Shown here piece after piece: positions 26,661 through 38,839 of a stretch of 64,000 nt of DNA. The position numbers and the translations under genes are program-made. Position 1 is the first letter of the stretch, and each line of letters begins with the position of its first letter. The notes beneath the pieces are model-generated. The model was not told where the DNA came from. It searched no databases and saw only the letters and a program-made list of their open reading frames with translations. The stretch is from Phoronis australis. Its lineage: Eukaryota; Animalia; Phoronida. The stretch spans positions 97,785-161,784 of the forward strand of contig NMRA01000748.1 of NCBI GenBank assembly GCA_002633005.1, given 5' to 3'.

Positions 26661-27255
26661 CCTATTTCAGGAGTGGCGACCATTTTGATTTTAAATCATG
26701 CAAATTGTGGTAAGCTGCCCTTGAGTTACCATGAGGAGGCATTTTCAGAAGTCTGAACCAACACTTGACCACAACAACATAGTACACAGTAAATAACAGC
26801 AACCGCCAACATTCGATCAGTACAGCATCATTTGAGCGTAAATTAGCAACACTCAACACAGTCACGCTTACAAAATTTAATATGCACTTGTTATGACCAG
26901 TTGTATTCCTGTAAGTACCATATTTCGGCTACATAGCACAAGGTATGGTAAATCATTTTACCAAATATCTCACACACATGCGGTTGATACAGTCAAGCTT
27001 TTTTGTAGCTTGTCGACTTTAATGGCGACATTCTTGGCTTGGGCTGACAGGGTTCGAGTAGCCATAGTCCACAATAACTTTTGCATGAACACAACACCAA
27101 GATACTAAATGTAAAATTTGTTCAACAGTGCTATATCCCTTTCAAAGCCCTGCATGGCATTCATAAGATTGCACATTAAAAATTTTAGTAAAAACATTTC
27201 GAACCACTGGCATAAGGGAAATTCCCCTATAAGTCATTGACATTCCACTTAAGAT

Positions 27256-27700
27256 CCAAAGTTAGCCAAATTTGGACATTTTTCCAGGGGTCTTAACATA
27301 TTCACAGATGCTCTACAATTATAATGAAACAAAAATAGCCTTAATTAAGTTTAACTAAATCTTATTCCACATTTTATGCATCAAATTCCAGACACAAATT
27401 GGCATACGTCTATGCATAACAAACCTGACCTGATATGGGGATTTCCCTTAAGTACCCATAGCAAAACTGATGGCCACAGCTCAGCACCCCACTGAAGTTC
27501 CAAAGTTGGCCAAATTTGGACAGTTTTCTAGAGTCCTATATAGTCTTAACATATTCACAGATGCTCTACAATTACAATGAAACAAAAATTAGCCTTAATT
27601 AAGTCTTATTCTACATTTTTTGCACCAAATTAAGCGAAGACAAATTGGCATATGTCTATGCGTAACAAACCTGTAAAATGATGTGATAAGGGATTTCCCC
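27256..27700. repeat. Tandem dimer of a ~243-bp unit, unclassified repeat family (related pieces at ~18170-18560 and ~24140-24530)
   Basis: ccaaagtt(a/g)gccaaatttggaca...gtcttaacatattcacagatgctctacaatt...ggatttccc occurs from ~27257 and from ~27500. Confidence 0.8.
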
Positions 27701-28432
27701 GAGTTATTAGTTTCATTTTCAAATTTATGTTCATGATGAAACCTTAAAACAATATGTCCTACGTTTTATAAAATAATAATGTAAGTTTGAACATAATGCA
27801 AAAAGACATTTTTACACACCAGCTATGAACTGTACCCATAGAAACACTTATGGCCACAGGTTTTTATTAACGCCATTTTTAACAGTGATTTTGATGTCAT
27901 AACATTCAGGAGATGAACTGTTTCAAATTTTAAGAACACAACTCAGCTTAATTGGCAGTCTTAATACGATATCCTTTTCATCAATCCGTTGACTGATTTT
28001 TTACCTGGATAACCAAGTTGTGTTTTTCATTTGACAACAATGGTATTAGTCTGTACATCCACAAGTACGTAGTCTTGGTTAAATTTGACGATGTTAAGTA
28101 GGCGACTGTTTCTAAGTTTTCAACTTGATTGTTATGATAAAAACAATTAATATGTGTCTGAGCTTCTGATAATTCAACAGTGCTGGAATAAAAAGAAGTG
28201 TTATGTTTTTCCAAGCAGGTCTGATAGTTGGGTTCCTATATGCATTGAATATGCCTGACTGAATTGTCATTCATGGAGTACTCAAAGCAAGTAGGTCAAA
28301 CACCATCATCAAATAATCAAAACAAAAAATGTTTGAAACAGGCTTGTCCCAACCCTTAGAGACTTTTATGTTGGTCATAGTTCCAGTCATAGTGGTGGCT
28401 AGTCTACAATGAAAAAAAAGTAAGAGGTATAT

Positions 28433-31400
28433 CAGGGCTCGACATTAACTTTTTATTTGGCGGAATTCTTCGAATTCCGACAAGTATATTGCTCTGTCGT
28501 CAAGCTTTTTTTTGTTCGCACTGTACAGGTCGCAATTTTCATCCGATTCTCACGAAATTTGCACACGACGTAGAGATCAGAAAGTCCTGGAAGCCTATTG
28601 TTTTTAATCATGAGAAGAATTAAATTGGCGGACATGGCGGCCATTCAAATGCTCATAGATGCCGCATTTTTTTAGCTGAAACTTGGTACAATCATCATAG
28701 AACACATGAGCTACAACTGTGACGAAAAACGTTGATTCCGGTTAAAGATGGCGGAAATATTGACAATGGCGAATACGCACCTCGATATCTGGCCAAAAAC
28801 GTTTTCTCCTGTAGAGGGCGCATTGGCGAACCAATGACTTTGAAACTGGTCACGTGTTTGTTGCTATTGATCTGCTTTTATCAAATTTTGTTTAACCGGA
28901 AGTCACTATCAGGATGGCGGCTGTGGCGCATTTTCACCCGTTTTCAATCGTTCTGCTGTCGCATTTTTAATGAGAAAAGCAAATCACATGAATTTTTGCA
29001 TGTGGATTCCTTAAAGTATGCTCTTTCAAAACTTTTGCGATAACGTTTTTCTCAGAACTACCGTTTTCGAGTTATTTGACTTTGAAATTCAAAAAAAACG
29101 CCTAAGTCCATTTTTTCGAATAAATTATGGAATGTTGCGAAACTATCAATTTAGATAGAGTTTTGAACGGGCTTTCAGAAGATATTTTTTATTTTTCGCT
29201 ACGATGTCTACTTTTTGAATTATTCGAGATTTTCTGATAGCGCTGTTCCTTTGTTGACAGCTCTTGCTGCACTGATGTTGGTCTAGCCTCAGTTGAGCAA
29301 GACCATGAAGACATTGGTCATAGAGGCCGCATGTTTCTACGTGCAGGGGTGAACACTGGTATGATTATTATAGCACACAAGCACTACAACTGCTCCGTAA
29401 ATCTTTAACTTCCGGTCAAAGATGGCGGAAATATCGGCAAGGGCGCATGTGCACCTCGAAAACTGGCCGAAAACGTTTTCTCCTGTAGAGGGCGCATTGG
29501 TGAACCAATCATTTTCAAACTGGTCACGTGTTTGTTGCATTTGATCAGCTTTAAAAAAATTTGTCAAACCGGAAGTCATTTTCAAGACGGCGGCTCTGGC
29601 GCATTTTCAACCATTTTCAATCGTTCTATGGTCGCATTTTTAACGGGGATTTTGGAATGTGGATTCCTTGAAGTATGCTCTTTCTAAAGGTCTGCAAGAA
29701 CGTTTTTCTCAGACTTACCGTTTTCGAGTTATTTGACTTTGAATTTCAAAAAAAAACACATTTCAATTTTTTCGAAAAAAAAAAGTGTAATGTTGCGAAA
29801 CTATCAATTTAGATAGAGTTTGGAACAGGCTTTCAGAAGATGTTTTCAATTTTTCACTAGGACATCTACTTTTTGAATTATTTGAGATTTTCTGATACGG
29901 TAGCGCTGTTCCCTTGCTGAGCGCTCTAACTGCATTGATGTTGATTTAGTTTACTTGAACAAGACTGTAGCTTATTTCTTACTAATTTATGACATCTAAG
30001 TTCGTCGTATGAATGTTATGATGTTGTTCATCATCGCCACCTTCATCATCACAATCATCATCGTCGTTAATTTTGCCTATTGTCGAACCAATCACTTTCA
30101 AACTGGTCACGTGTTTGTTGCTATTGATCAGCGTTTATAAAATTTTGCTTAACTGGAAGTCACTTTCAAGATGCATGCTCTGGTGCATTTTCACCCATTT
30201 TCAATCTTTCTGTTGTCGCATTTTTAACGGGAAGAGCAAATGACATGTATTTTTGCATGTGGATTCCTTGAAGTATGCTCTTTCAAAAGTGAAACGTTTT
30301 TCTCAGACTTACCGTTTTCGAGTTATTTGACTTTGAATTTCAAAAAAATGCAAAATTTCAATTTTTTCAAAAAAATTATGGAATGATAACAAACTTTCCA
30401 TTCAGAGAGAGTTTGGAACAGGCTTTCAGAAGATGTTTTCCGTTTTTCGCTAGGACGACTACTTTTTTAATTATTTGAGATTTTCTGATAGCACTGTTCA
30501 TTTGTTGAGCGCTCTTACTGCATTGATGTTGGTTTAGTTTATTTGAACAAGACTGTAGCTTATTTCTTACTAATTTATGACATCTAAGTTCGTTGTATGA
30601 ATGTTATGATGTTGTTCATCATCGCCACCTTCATCATCACAATCATCATCGTCGTTAATTTTTCCTAATGCCGCTCAAGATTCTAGGTAGCACAGAACAG
30701 TCAGGCAACGGAGCATTTTCTAGTCCCTAGAATTTATGTTGAGGGCATGTGTCAGGTTTGGCGGGTGGTTTGAGGAAATTGTTGACAATTGCCAGGAAAG
30801 TTATTTACCTGTGTTTTTGAATGAGAAAAGCCAAGTTTTACCTACTTTTGATGCAAACTGGTGGCTGTCATTTGCTATCAACCCCTGTCGTCTGCTGTCC
30901 GAGAAACCGGGTGCAATTTCAGGTGGCTGTCAGACAGATCAAATTTACCAAAAAAAGTAGCTGGTAAGAAGCTTACTATGACCACATATTTAGAATCTAG
31001 TGAGGACGAGCATTCTGAATCTGAAGTCAGACTTTTTCTAGCACATGCAGAGAAGTGGTTATTTCGGGGAGAAAATTGTCAAATTTGGCGTTTTTTGCAA
31101 ATAGTTTTGTGTACTGGGATTTTCTTGCCATGTATATTAACCGATCAGAAATCTGTACAGTTTGATAGAGTTTTAAACAGGCTTTCATAAGATACTTTTC
31201 ATTTCTCGCTAGTCATCATGATCGTCGTCGTCGTCCTCCCCATCGTCCTGTTTTCGCGTAATTTCACCAAGTGTCGCTCCTCCGAGCACTCTCGTTTTTT
31301 TTTGTTCGCTCTCTACAGGTCACAATTTTCGTCCTATCCACACGAAATTTACACACAACGAGTAGCTCCGGAAGTGCTGGAAGCCTATTGTTTTTGGTCA

Positions 31401-34003
31401 TGATCGGATCTGAAGATGGCAGACATGGTGGCCATTTTGTTTCAGATATCTGATTCAGCTGCTCATAGAACCCGGAATTTTTGACGTACCGGGCTCAAAC
31501 TCAGCACAAATATGAAACAATGCAGTTTCTCCGAATTTTCTAAAAAATCATTTACTTCCAGTCAAAAATGGCGGAAATATCAGCAATGGCGCATACGCAC
31601 CTTGATTTCAGGTAAAAAAAATGTTTTGTCCTGTAGAGGGCGCTTTAAAGGACCAATTGCTTTGAAATTTTTTAGGTATTAGTTTTTTGTCGCCAGCTAT
31701 CATCCAGTCCTAAAAAAACAGAAGTTGATTCCAAGATGGCGGATCTGGTGCATGTTGACCCATTTTCAGTCGTGCCAGAGTACCATTTTAAACGGGAAGA
31801 GAAAATGATGTGAATTTTTGCATGTGGATTCTCTGAGGTACACTCTTTCAAATGAACCCTAACAATTTTTTCTCAGACTTACCGTTTTCGAGTTATTTGA
31901 CTTTGAATTTCAAAAAAAAAAACGCAAAATTTCATTTTTGTCTAAAAAATTACGAAATTTTGCGATACAATCAATTTAGATAGAGTTTCAAACGAGTTTT
32001 CAGAAGATGTTTTTCTTTTTTCACTAGGACGTCTACTTTTTGAATTATTTGAGATTTTCTGATAGCACTGTTCCTTTGTTGAGCGCTCTTGCTGCATTGA
32101 TGTTAGTTAAGCTTCTACTGAACAAGACTGCAGCCTATTTCTTATTGATTTATGATATCTAAGTTCGTCATATGAATGTTATGATGTTGCTCATCTTCAT
32201 CCCCATTGTTATCATATTCGTCATCTTCGTCATCATCTCTGTCGTCGTCTTTTCAGTTAATTTCGCCAAGTGTCACTCAAGACTGGCCTATTTCTTACTG
32301 ATTTATGACCTGTATGTTCGTTACGATCATTGCCATATTCATCACCTTCGTCATCATCTTTATCATCGTTTTTTCGGTTAATTTCGCCAAGTGTCGCTCC
32401 TCGGAGCGCTTTCATACTTCTGGTCGCTATCAAACCGTACGGTAACCAGTCAAAATCTTTCTTTCATTTCGGAAGGAATTCCTGTTTTCGTTTATTGGTT
32501 TCATACTGTTGCTTGGTTATTTCACGCCCTTTGCTTTGGTTACCAGTTGCAAGATGAGAACTCCTTCACTTGAAACCATACGTAAACTAACTACCGTACT
32601 CGTCTGCGTTACCGCCTTGGGTGCTTAAACTGGGAATCTAAAAAAACAGGGGGTGGGCGGTAAGCCGAGCATGGGCGGTTAAAATCGAAATTTCGGAAAA
32701 GTCAGGAGTTGTTGCTTACTGCACGGAGGACCGATTTCACCCGAACGGAAATACAGTGACGTCGGACTTCAAGCATATCAGTTAAAATATAGGTCGGGGG
32801 ATTGAAGTAACGGACTTCGACGGCCTGCGCACATGATACAGTGGCGTCGTGATCCTGAGCGCAATTGGGTTTTCATGTACCTCGGTCGCTGCTGGTTATC
32901 TCTTAGAACTAAGGTATTCCTAAAGGTAGGCATGTGTTCAGTTGGGCAAGTTTCTTGAGAATAAAGACAGATCAAGCAAGACTCCGCTAGTTTGCGGTGT
33001 ACTTTTAAGGGAAGCACTTGATTGTGTAAAGGTTTGCTGGACACCTAGGCAACCAAGCATGTGCTAATGATTGACAGGTCTTCGTCAGTACTGAGTACTT
33101 TGAACTTGGTTAGGCAACCCAGCAGTGCTAATGATTGACAGGTTTTCTTATTGAATACTTTGAACAATGAAATATTTTATATACATTAATTGCATATTTC
33201 TTTTTTAGTTCAAAGCCAACACCGCTGTCGTTCAAAGCATGTGCTCAACAATCGGACGATACTACTCTTAGGCAATAAGGGTACTCGGTCAGCTGCCGAA
33301 ATAATAAAGCAAAAACACAGCTTGTAAAAAGTCATCGGGCAAATCAAAAGTTCAAAAAGTTTTTGACCACGTAGAACATGGACAAAATGTTCAACTTGCA
33401 CTAAAGACAAGTTGATTTTTGGGCTCTTGCCTTTGGTTGGGTGCTTCCATTTTGGTGTCAGGAGAGAAAGTCATTAAAAACATGCATTTATCCAAGACGG
33501 GAACAGCAACACAAGTTGGCTTGTCACAATGGACCATGTCTTATCCTATTTCAATGCTCAGGGTGGTTATGCTTCGTCACTGTCACGGGAAATCCCAGAA
33601 AGATTGGCCACGGACATGATATCCCTGTCAAGTACTGCTTTGCTGGTTCTTCTACAGCAAATGAAATACATTCGACAAGCGCTGTCTCAGTGATCAGTAC
33701 ACGCCAACATGAGTTCCGCGCGTGAGCCAAAGGAAACAATTGTGTCTCCTTCAGTAAAGGGCATGAGAATACGGATATTTTACCGCCATGGTAAGGCAAG
33801 GTCCCGGCTTCGCTAAACCTGATTGATTGTCACAGAAAGGTAATAGAATTGCGCACGTTTTGGAATCTTAATTTTGTGCGACGAACGTTTGCAGAGAAAT
33901 TCATTGACTTGTCCTGTCGGACAAGCTACTCGGCCGTGAGCTTATCCCGGACCAACAAATTGGTTTTCCCGGGCAGTCGGACTACCGTTAATGTCGAGCC
34001 CTG
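28433..34003. mobile_element. hAT-type non-autonomous element with 5-bp TSD (hAT5-like), carrying a nested HINE-B
   Basis: Perfect 17-bp TIR CAGGGCTCGACATTAAC (28433-28449) / GTTAATGTCGAGCCCTG (33987-34003). TATAT lies immediately outside both ends. Subterminal cggac/gtccg-type motifs at 33907-33985. Confidence 0.8.
28450..32412 (+). mobile_element. HINE-B: second Helentron-associated family with ~600-700 bp internal tandem units
   Basis: 5' T-run plus IR ttggcggaattc-ttc-gaattccgacaa (~28456-28483). Long tandem units (cctgtagagggcgc at 28808, 29482, 31630) with (CAT/CGT)n tracts. 3' ends with subTIR ccaagt plus a ctcc..gag hairpin at 31267-31297 (ending ctctcgtt) and at 32383-32412. Confidence 0.65.
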
Positions 34004-34109
34004 TATATAGAAGAGAATGGCATTTATGTAGACCATGTTTGTATAGTGTGAGCTCACAATAAAGGGAAACTGAAAGTGAAGTTCCAAAATATTATTGGGA
34101 GTAGTCAAA

Positions 34110-35191
34110 AACAAACAAACATGCTGCAAGATAGGTCCAAGTGAAATCTACCATGATATGCCTACCCAAAAGATCACACAAAGTTCAGGTAGAACCGCAT
34201 GATCAAGTGGAATATTTCAATAAGACACATAAAGGTACAGAAAACATTTATGTAAACGAAAGCGATCTTCGTTTGGAGCGACAGTAGGTGTAATCAAATC
34301 AAAATTTAAAGGTAAGGACATTGATGAAACCAAAAACATGAACAACCATGACCTGACAATTATTACACCAATGCATTAGATATTTACATATCAAATTTTA
34401 AAAGGTTTGGTCAAAGGATCGCGGAGCTAGAGCTCCACCATCATAATTTAAAAATGCCCGTCACAGCACCATCTTGCATCCGATTTCACCTAAAAACAAA
34501 ATAGTACATAAGTTTCATGTCAACCGAATGAAATGTATTTGATTGGCATGTATGCTTACACCTATGTGCAGAAAATGAAGAGAATTCCTTGAAAAATATA
34601 GGCGACATATTTTGAAAATAGATGACCTTTGCACTAACTAACCCTTCTGGTACATTACAAGCTCTTTTAGAATTATTGCGGTCTGAAAAGTTTAACTGTT
34701 GACACATCAAAATACGTGTTGAATGAAAAGGTTAATATTTCAGAAGAAAAACACATCTAATGACCCCATGGTTGCACCAAACGACCTGAAACTTTGAAAT
34801 TGTAATTCAGTTACATGTACCAATCAGTTTTATGTGAATTTAAGTGCCTAACTTAAAATCTTAGTGTGCACTCAATGACCTTTGACCTATTGATTGGATG
34901 ACTTAGAAAAGTTATCGTTTGATTGGCATGTAGACTTACACATGTATACTGAAACTGAAAATAATTCCTTGAAAAAATAATTTTAAGGGCCTAATTGCAC
35001 CTATTAACCACTTACGGTGCATTATGGGTCAAAAATATATTTTATGAAATTTATGAGTGGCTCAAAGGTAATTGGAAAGTTTCAAAGTTGAAAGTTGAGT
35101 TGTTTGACATTTATTAAGCTCTAGAAAAGGTCAGAAAGAAAACAATAAAAACTAGCTGCTACCACACGAAAGGCCCGAATTATATATAAGA
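34110..35191 (-). mobile_element. Degenerate Helitron-family non-autonomous element with tgacctt-type repeats
   Basis: Minus-strand start A|TCTTATATATAAT at 35191 is Helitron 5'-TC-like. Internal ~380-bp duplication (tttgattggcatgta..cttaca..aattccttgaaaaa at ~34538 and ~34918). The left boundary is uncertain. Confidence 0.45.
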
Positions 35192-35539
35192 TGTAGACTG
35201 AAGGGAGCAAAATTAAGCCCACAGACTGACGTCACCCAGGCTGTTAAGTCAAAGGTCAGCACAAAACTGGCCAGTCTCCCTCTGCATCCGCAAAAAACAA
35301 CTCACAAGAAAAAAAGATCACTTCGAATCTAAATAAAGGCGAGGACCACTACCTGGGACAAAGGCAGTGACAAAATGGGAGCAACAAAGGTCTGTGAGAG
35401 GAGTGGGGGAGACAGAATTTGTGCGAACTTTACGTTCTTTATAATAGATACTAAGAAGATAACAACCCAAGAATAACAAGACTGCGCTGGTAGGTGCAGT
35501 GTAGATATAAACCATAGGTGAAACAAAAGCTCTATTTAT

Positions 35540-36140
35540 ATGCAGCACTTTTACACCCATAAGTAATATCATACACCATAATTATGAATTTGTATCGGGT
35601 CCATATGGAAAAAAATGATATTTGTGGTCAGTACTCTGAAACCCAGAACAGAGATAGATTCCACATCTGCCCCTAAGGTACCACCGAAAGATGGGGCTGT
35701 CAAATTCGATACTGCAAAATGCGGACTCGTTGCCGTGACAATTGCTTAGAAATAAAAAGCAGACCTAAGCAGCTGTAACATTGACTAAGTAATGATGATT
35801 GGTGTCCTTCCTGTGCTCACGTTAAAAACAGACTTGAAAACAGTACAAATGACCACAAGATACTTTGAATTCATCTGAAAACGGGAGGATAGTGTCCTCT
35901 CACTAATAGATGCCAATCTGCCAAATTATAAGGAGGACCTCCGAAGATAGAATGGTAAGTATAAAAAACTAAAATTGCCCCTATGGGGCATACCGATAGT
36001 CGGATTAAACCAAACTTTGTCATCATTCTTCGTAAGCTTCATAGGTACGCATCTGCTAAATCTCATCAAGATTCTTTGAGGGGTATAAGTGATACAACTG
36101 CAGACGCTAGACACCAGATAGAGATGACGGCAATATGCAG
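35540..36140 (-). repeat. Degenerate HINE-A fragment
   Basis: catctgaaaacgggaggatag..tctcactaatagatgcc, aaaactaaaattgccc, and a decayed terminal gagatgacggcaatatgc at 36121. Confidence 0.7.
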
Positions 36141-37537
36141 AATTGGCTTCACTTTGTTATATTTTTCTTATTTCATTCGGCAATTCGTAAATATTTCATT
36201 TAAAAAGCCTTTTCCCTCATTTTCCCCCACAAAATTCTGAGGACTGGGAAATGTTAACTTCAGTTATCTTCAGCCACTAGATCAGAACAGTAAGATGTGT
36301 TCCAAGCAATGCCGAATCAGTTGAAAGTCTCTATTGTTATGTGCTGAAAGTTCTAGTGTTCTTTTACGAATTTTAACGTATTTTAAGCTGGCATTAGCAT
36401 TTGAAAAAGAATGCCACACAGATGTGTAGTGGGAGGTTGTGACAATACACCATGGGCTGCGGTGCCTGTACACAGATTTCTCAATGATCTAAGACTGCGT
36501 GGCTATTGGGATCATAGACTATCAAGTTTGCAAGGAAGTGCAAATAAGGCTATCCAAACATTCTTTTCTTTTTTGAGGAAATTCTTCTAAATCTTCCAAA
36601 AGATGATGCATCCCACTCCCACTGACGAGGTGGGCTTTTGCTGAACTGAAAGGCATGTTCAGCAGGCTACTAAGTAACACATTTTGATACATGTTGCAAT
36701 AAAAAGCAACTCTGAAAAATTTTCAGTGTTTTTGAAACGGATTTTGCTAAATTTTATGACTCGCGGTGATTCCGACCCCTGCCTCATGTGCCATTTGCTC
36801 AAAATGGATATTAAATCAAAACATAAGGTTTTGTGATAAAATATAACTTTCAATTCATAAACGACACACCATAAAACTTTTTATATGTGCTAACTGCGAA
36901 GCGATACCGTAGCTAGTTTACAGTGAAACAACACATGTAGGTGAGATAAAAGGTCATATATATTATAACAAACTAAACTACTACAGATATCGGTAATTAC
37001 AAGTTTGATAGAATGTTGAGCTAGTGTAAAGGTGGGTGACAATCTGCCACAGATGCAGCAGAAGGATGCATCCGCCCACCCAATTTTATCCCACTTTGAC
37101 TCCATCTATGCACACCATGAAACGCAAGACCAATCGACAAATTTTGTCACAAATCACAGTTAAGGCCTAAGCACCTAACAGTCCCAATCCTAGGACTTGC
37201 ATTTTATGTAATTTGAAGAAATAAACAAAACAAAGAAAAGAAATACATTTGCCTAATATTCGTTCACAGACTCATGGCAATGTTTTCATTTCTCCTCTTG
37301 CGGTGATGAAACATCACAAGCGTCGCGGTCATTAACAGTGGGATCTGCCACTGAATTCCAGCCTTCACACCGAACTCAGCAATAAGCGACAGGCCCACTT
37401 GTGGCCACTCATGGTTCAAACCTATAGGCAAGGAGTGTAGTAGTATAGGAGAGTTCACTTGTGAGTTCGCTGTTACCGCTGCTACTAGCGCCGCCAAGTG
37501 GTGATTAAGCAACTGTCAATCAGGAAGCGCCAAAACA

Positions 37538-38350
37538 ATGGGGAAGGACGCATTTTGCAGTGCGATAAATTGCACTAATTCATCCATGACAACCCCAGAC
37601 GTGTCATTTTTTAGGTTTCCTAAGGATCCGGGAAGGTAAGTATTATATGTTATTCAACAATATGATACATTGTCTTTCATTTTGTGAGTTCTGTTCACGG
37701 TTGTTAGACAAGTGATCGCACGTCCCGGTGCCACTGTCTGTTGTCTGCAGCTGAGTGTAGGCTAGGCCTACTGGTCAGCCGGCGGAAGGACTACTGATTA
37801 ACGTAAGATGTGATCGTCAGCTTTTTGGATACTTGCAGTCCATGTATTCCAAATCAAAATGTCACTCTAACGATCGAGGGATAATTTTAGGAAAACATAC
37901 CCATGGCCATGGGTGATATGAATCATCGTGGTGACACGGCCATGGCACAATCACAGCCATAGGGACTCATGTTTTCATTAGTCAAGTTAAAGAATCTGTG
38001 GGTCTTGGTGAAAAGTTGTGCGGCCCTTAAAATATCCTTGGATCGACATTTGAGTCCTAGTTTTTTTTAGTTCTGACACCAAGACGCTTTTGTCTCTATC
38101 ACAATCGCAGTACGACAGGACTTCTGTTGTGTTGTGTAGTTTAGAGTAGGCTACCAGTCTTCTGTGAACCTGGTGAGTATGAGGTTTGTTCCTGAGTCTT
38201 TCATTGATTTCTGTTCAGGTGCAAGCACTTGGAGCCGACCTTATGAATAGAGATGCAACCTACCTGTCCAAGAACTGCAACGTATGCTCTCATCACTTCG
38301 AGGAGTCCATGTTGATGAATGAAGAACAAACTGGTATTGAATGCAGTGCC
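37538..38350 (+). pseudogene. Two-exon THAP-domain gene relic (THAP9/THAP12-like transposase N-terminus)
   Basis: Exon 1 37538-37635 MGKDAFCSAINCTNSSMTTPDVSFFRFPKDPG(R)|gtaagt. Acceptor ttcag at 38218. Exon 2 CKHL/(deletion, frameshift)ADLMNRDATYLSKNCNVCSHHFEESML/NKLVLNAVP runs into the gap. The conserved W segment is deleted. Confidence 0.85.
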
Positions 38351-38781
38351 NNNNNNNNNNNNNNNNNNNNNNNNNNNNNNNNNNNNNNNNNNNNNNNNNN
38401 NNNNNNNNNNNNNNNNNNNNNNNNNNNNNNNNNNNNNNNNNNNNNNNNNNNNNNNNNNNNNNNNNNNNNNNNNNNNNNNNNNNNNNNNNNNNNNNNNNNN
38501 NNNNNNNNNNNNNNNNNNNNNNNNNNNNNNNNNNNNNNNNNNNNNNNNNNNNNNNNNNNNNNNNNNNNNNNNNNNNNNNNNNNNNNNNNNNNNNNNNNNN
38601 NNNNNNNNNNNNNNNNNNNNNNNNNNNNNNNNNNNNNNNNNNNNNNNNNNNNNNNNNNNNNNNNNNNNNNNNNNNNNNNNNNNNNNNNNNNNNNNNNNNN
38701 NNNNNNNNNNNNNNNNNNNNNNNNNNNNNNNNNNNNNNNNNNNNNNNNNNNNNNNNNNNNNNNNNNNNNNNNNNNNNNNNN
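38351..38781. other. Assembly gap (431 N)
   Basis: Run of N. Confidence 1.
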
Positions 38782-38839
38782 TCACGCCTTCCACCTGGCT
38801 GGTGTTAGCACAGTTGGCGCACACACACCGATGTACCAT
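38782..38839 (-). CDS. N-terminus of another THAP-like ORF running into the gap
   Basis: MVHRCVCANCANTSQVEGV fits the M-x3-C-x4-C-x-N THAP start. A possible TTAA-flanked element end lies at ~39109-39113 (acact|ttaa), Kolobok-like. Confidence 0.55.

Noticed and set aside
35152-35191. 40-bp mini-Helitron (TC...CTAG between A and T on the minus strand)
   Set aside because: No proper 3' hairpin; more simply the 5' end of the larger degenerate element extending to ~34.1 kb.
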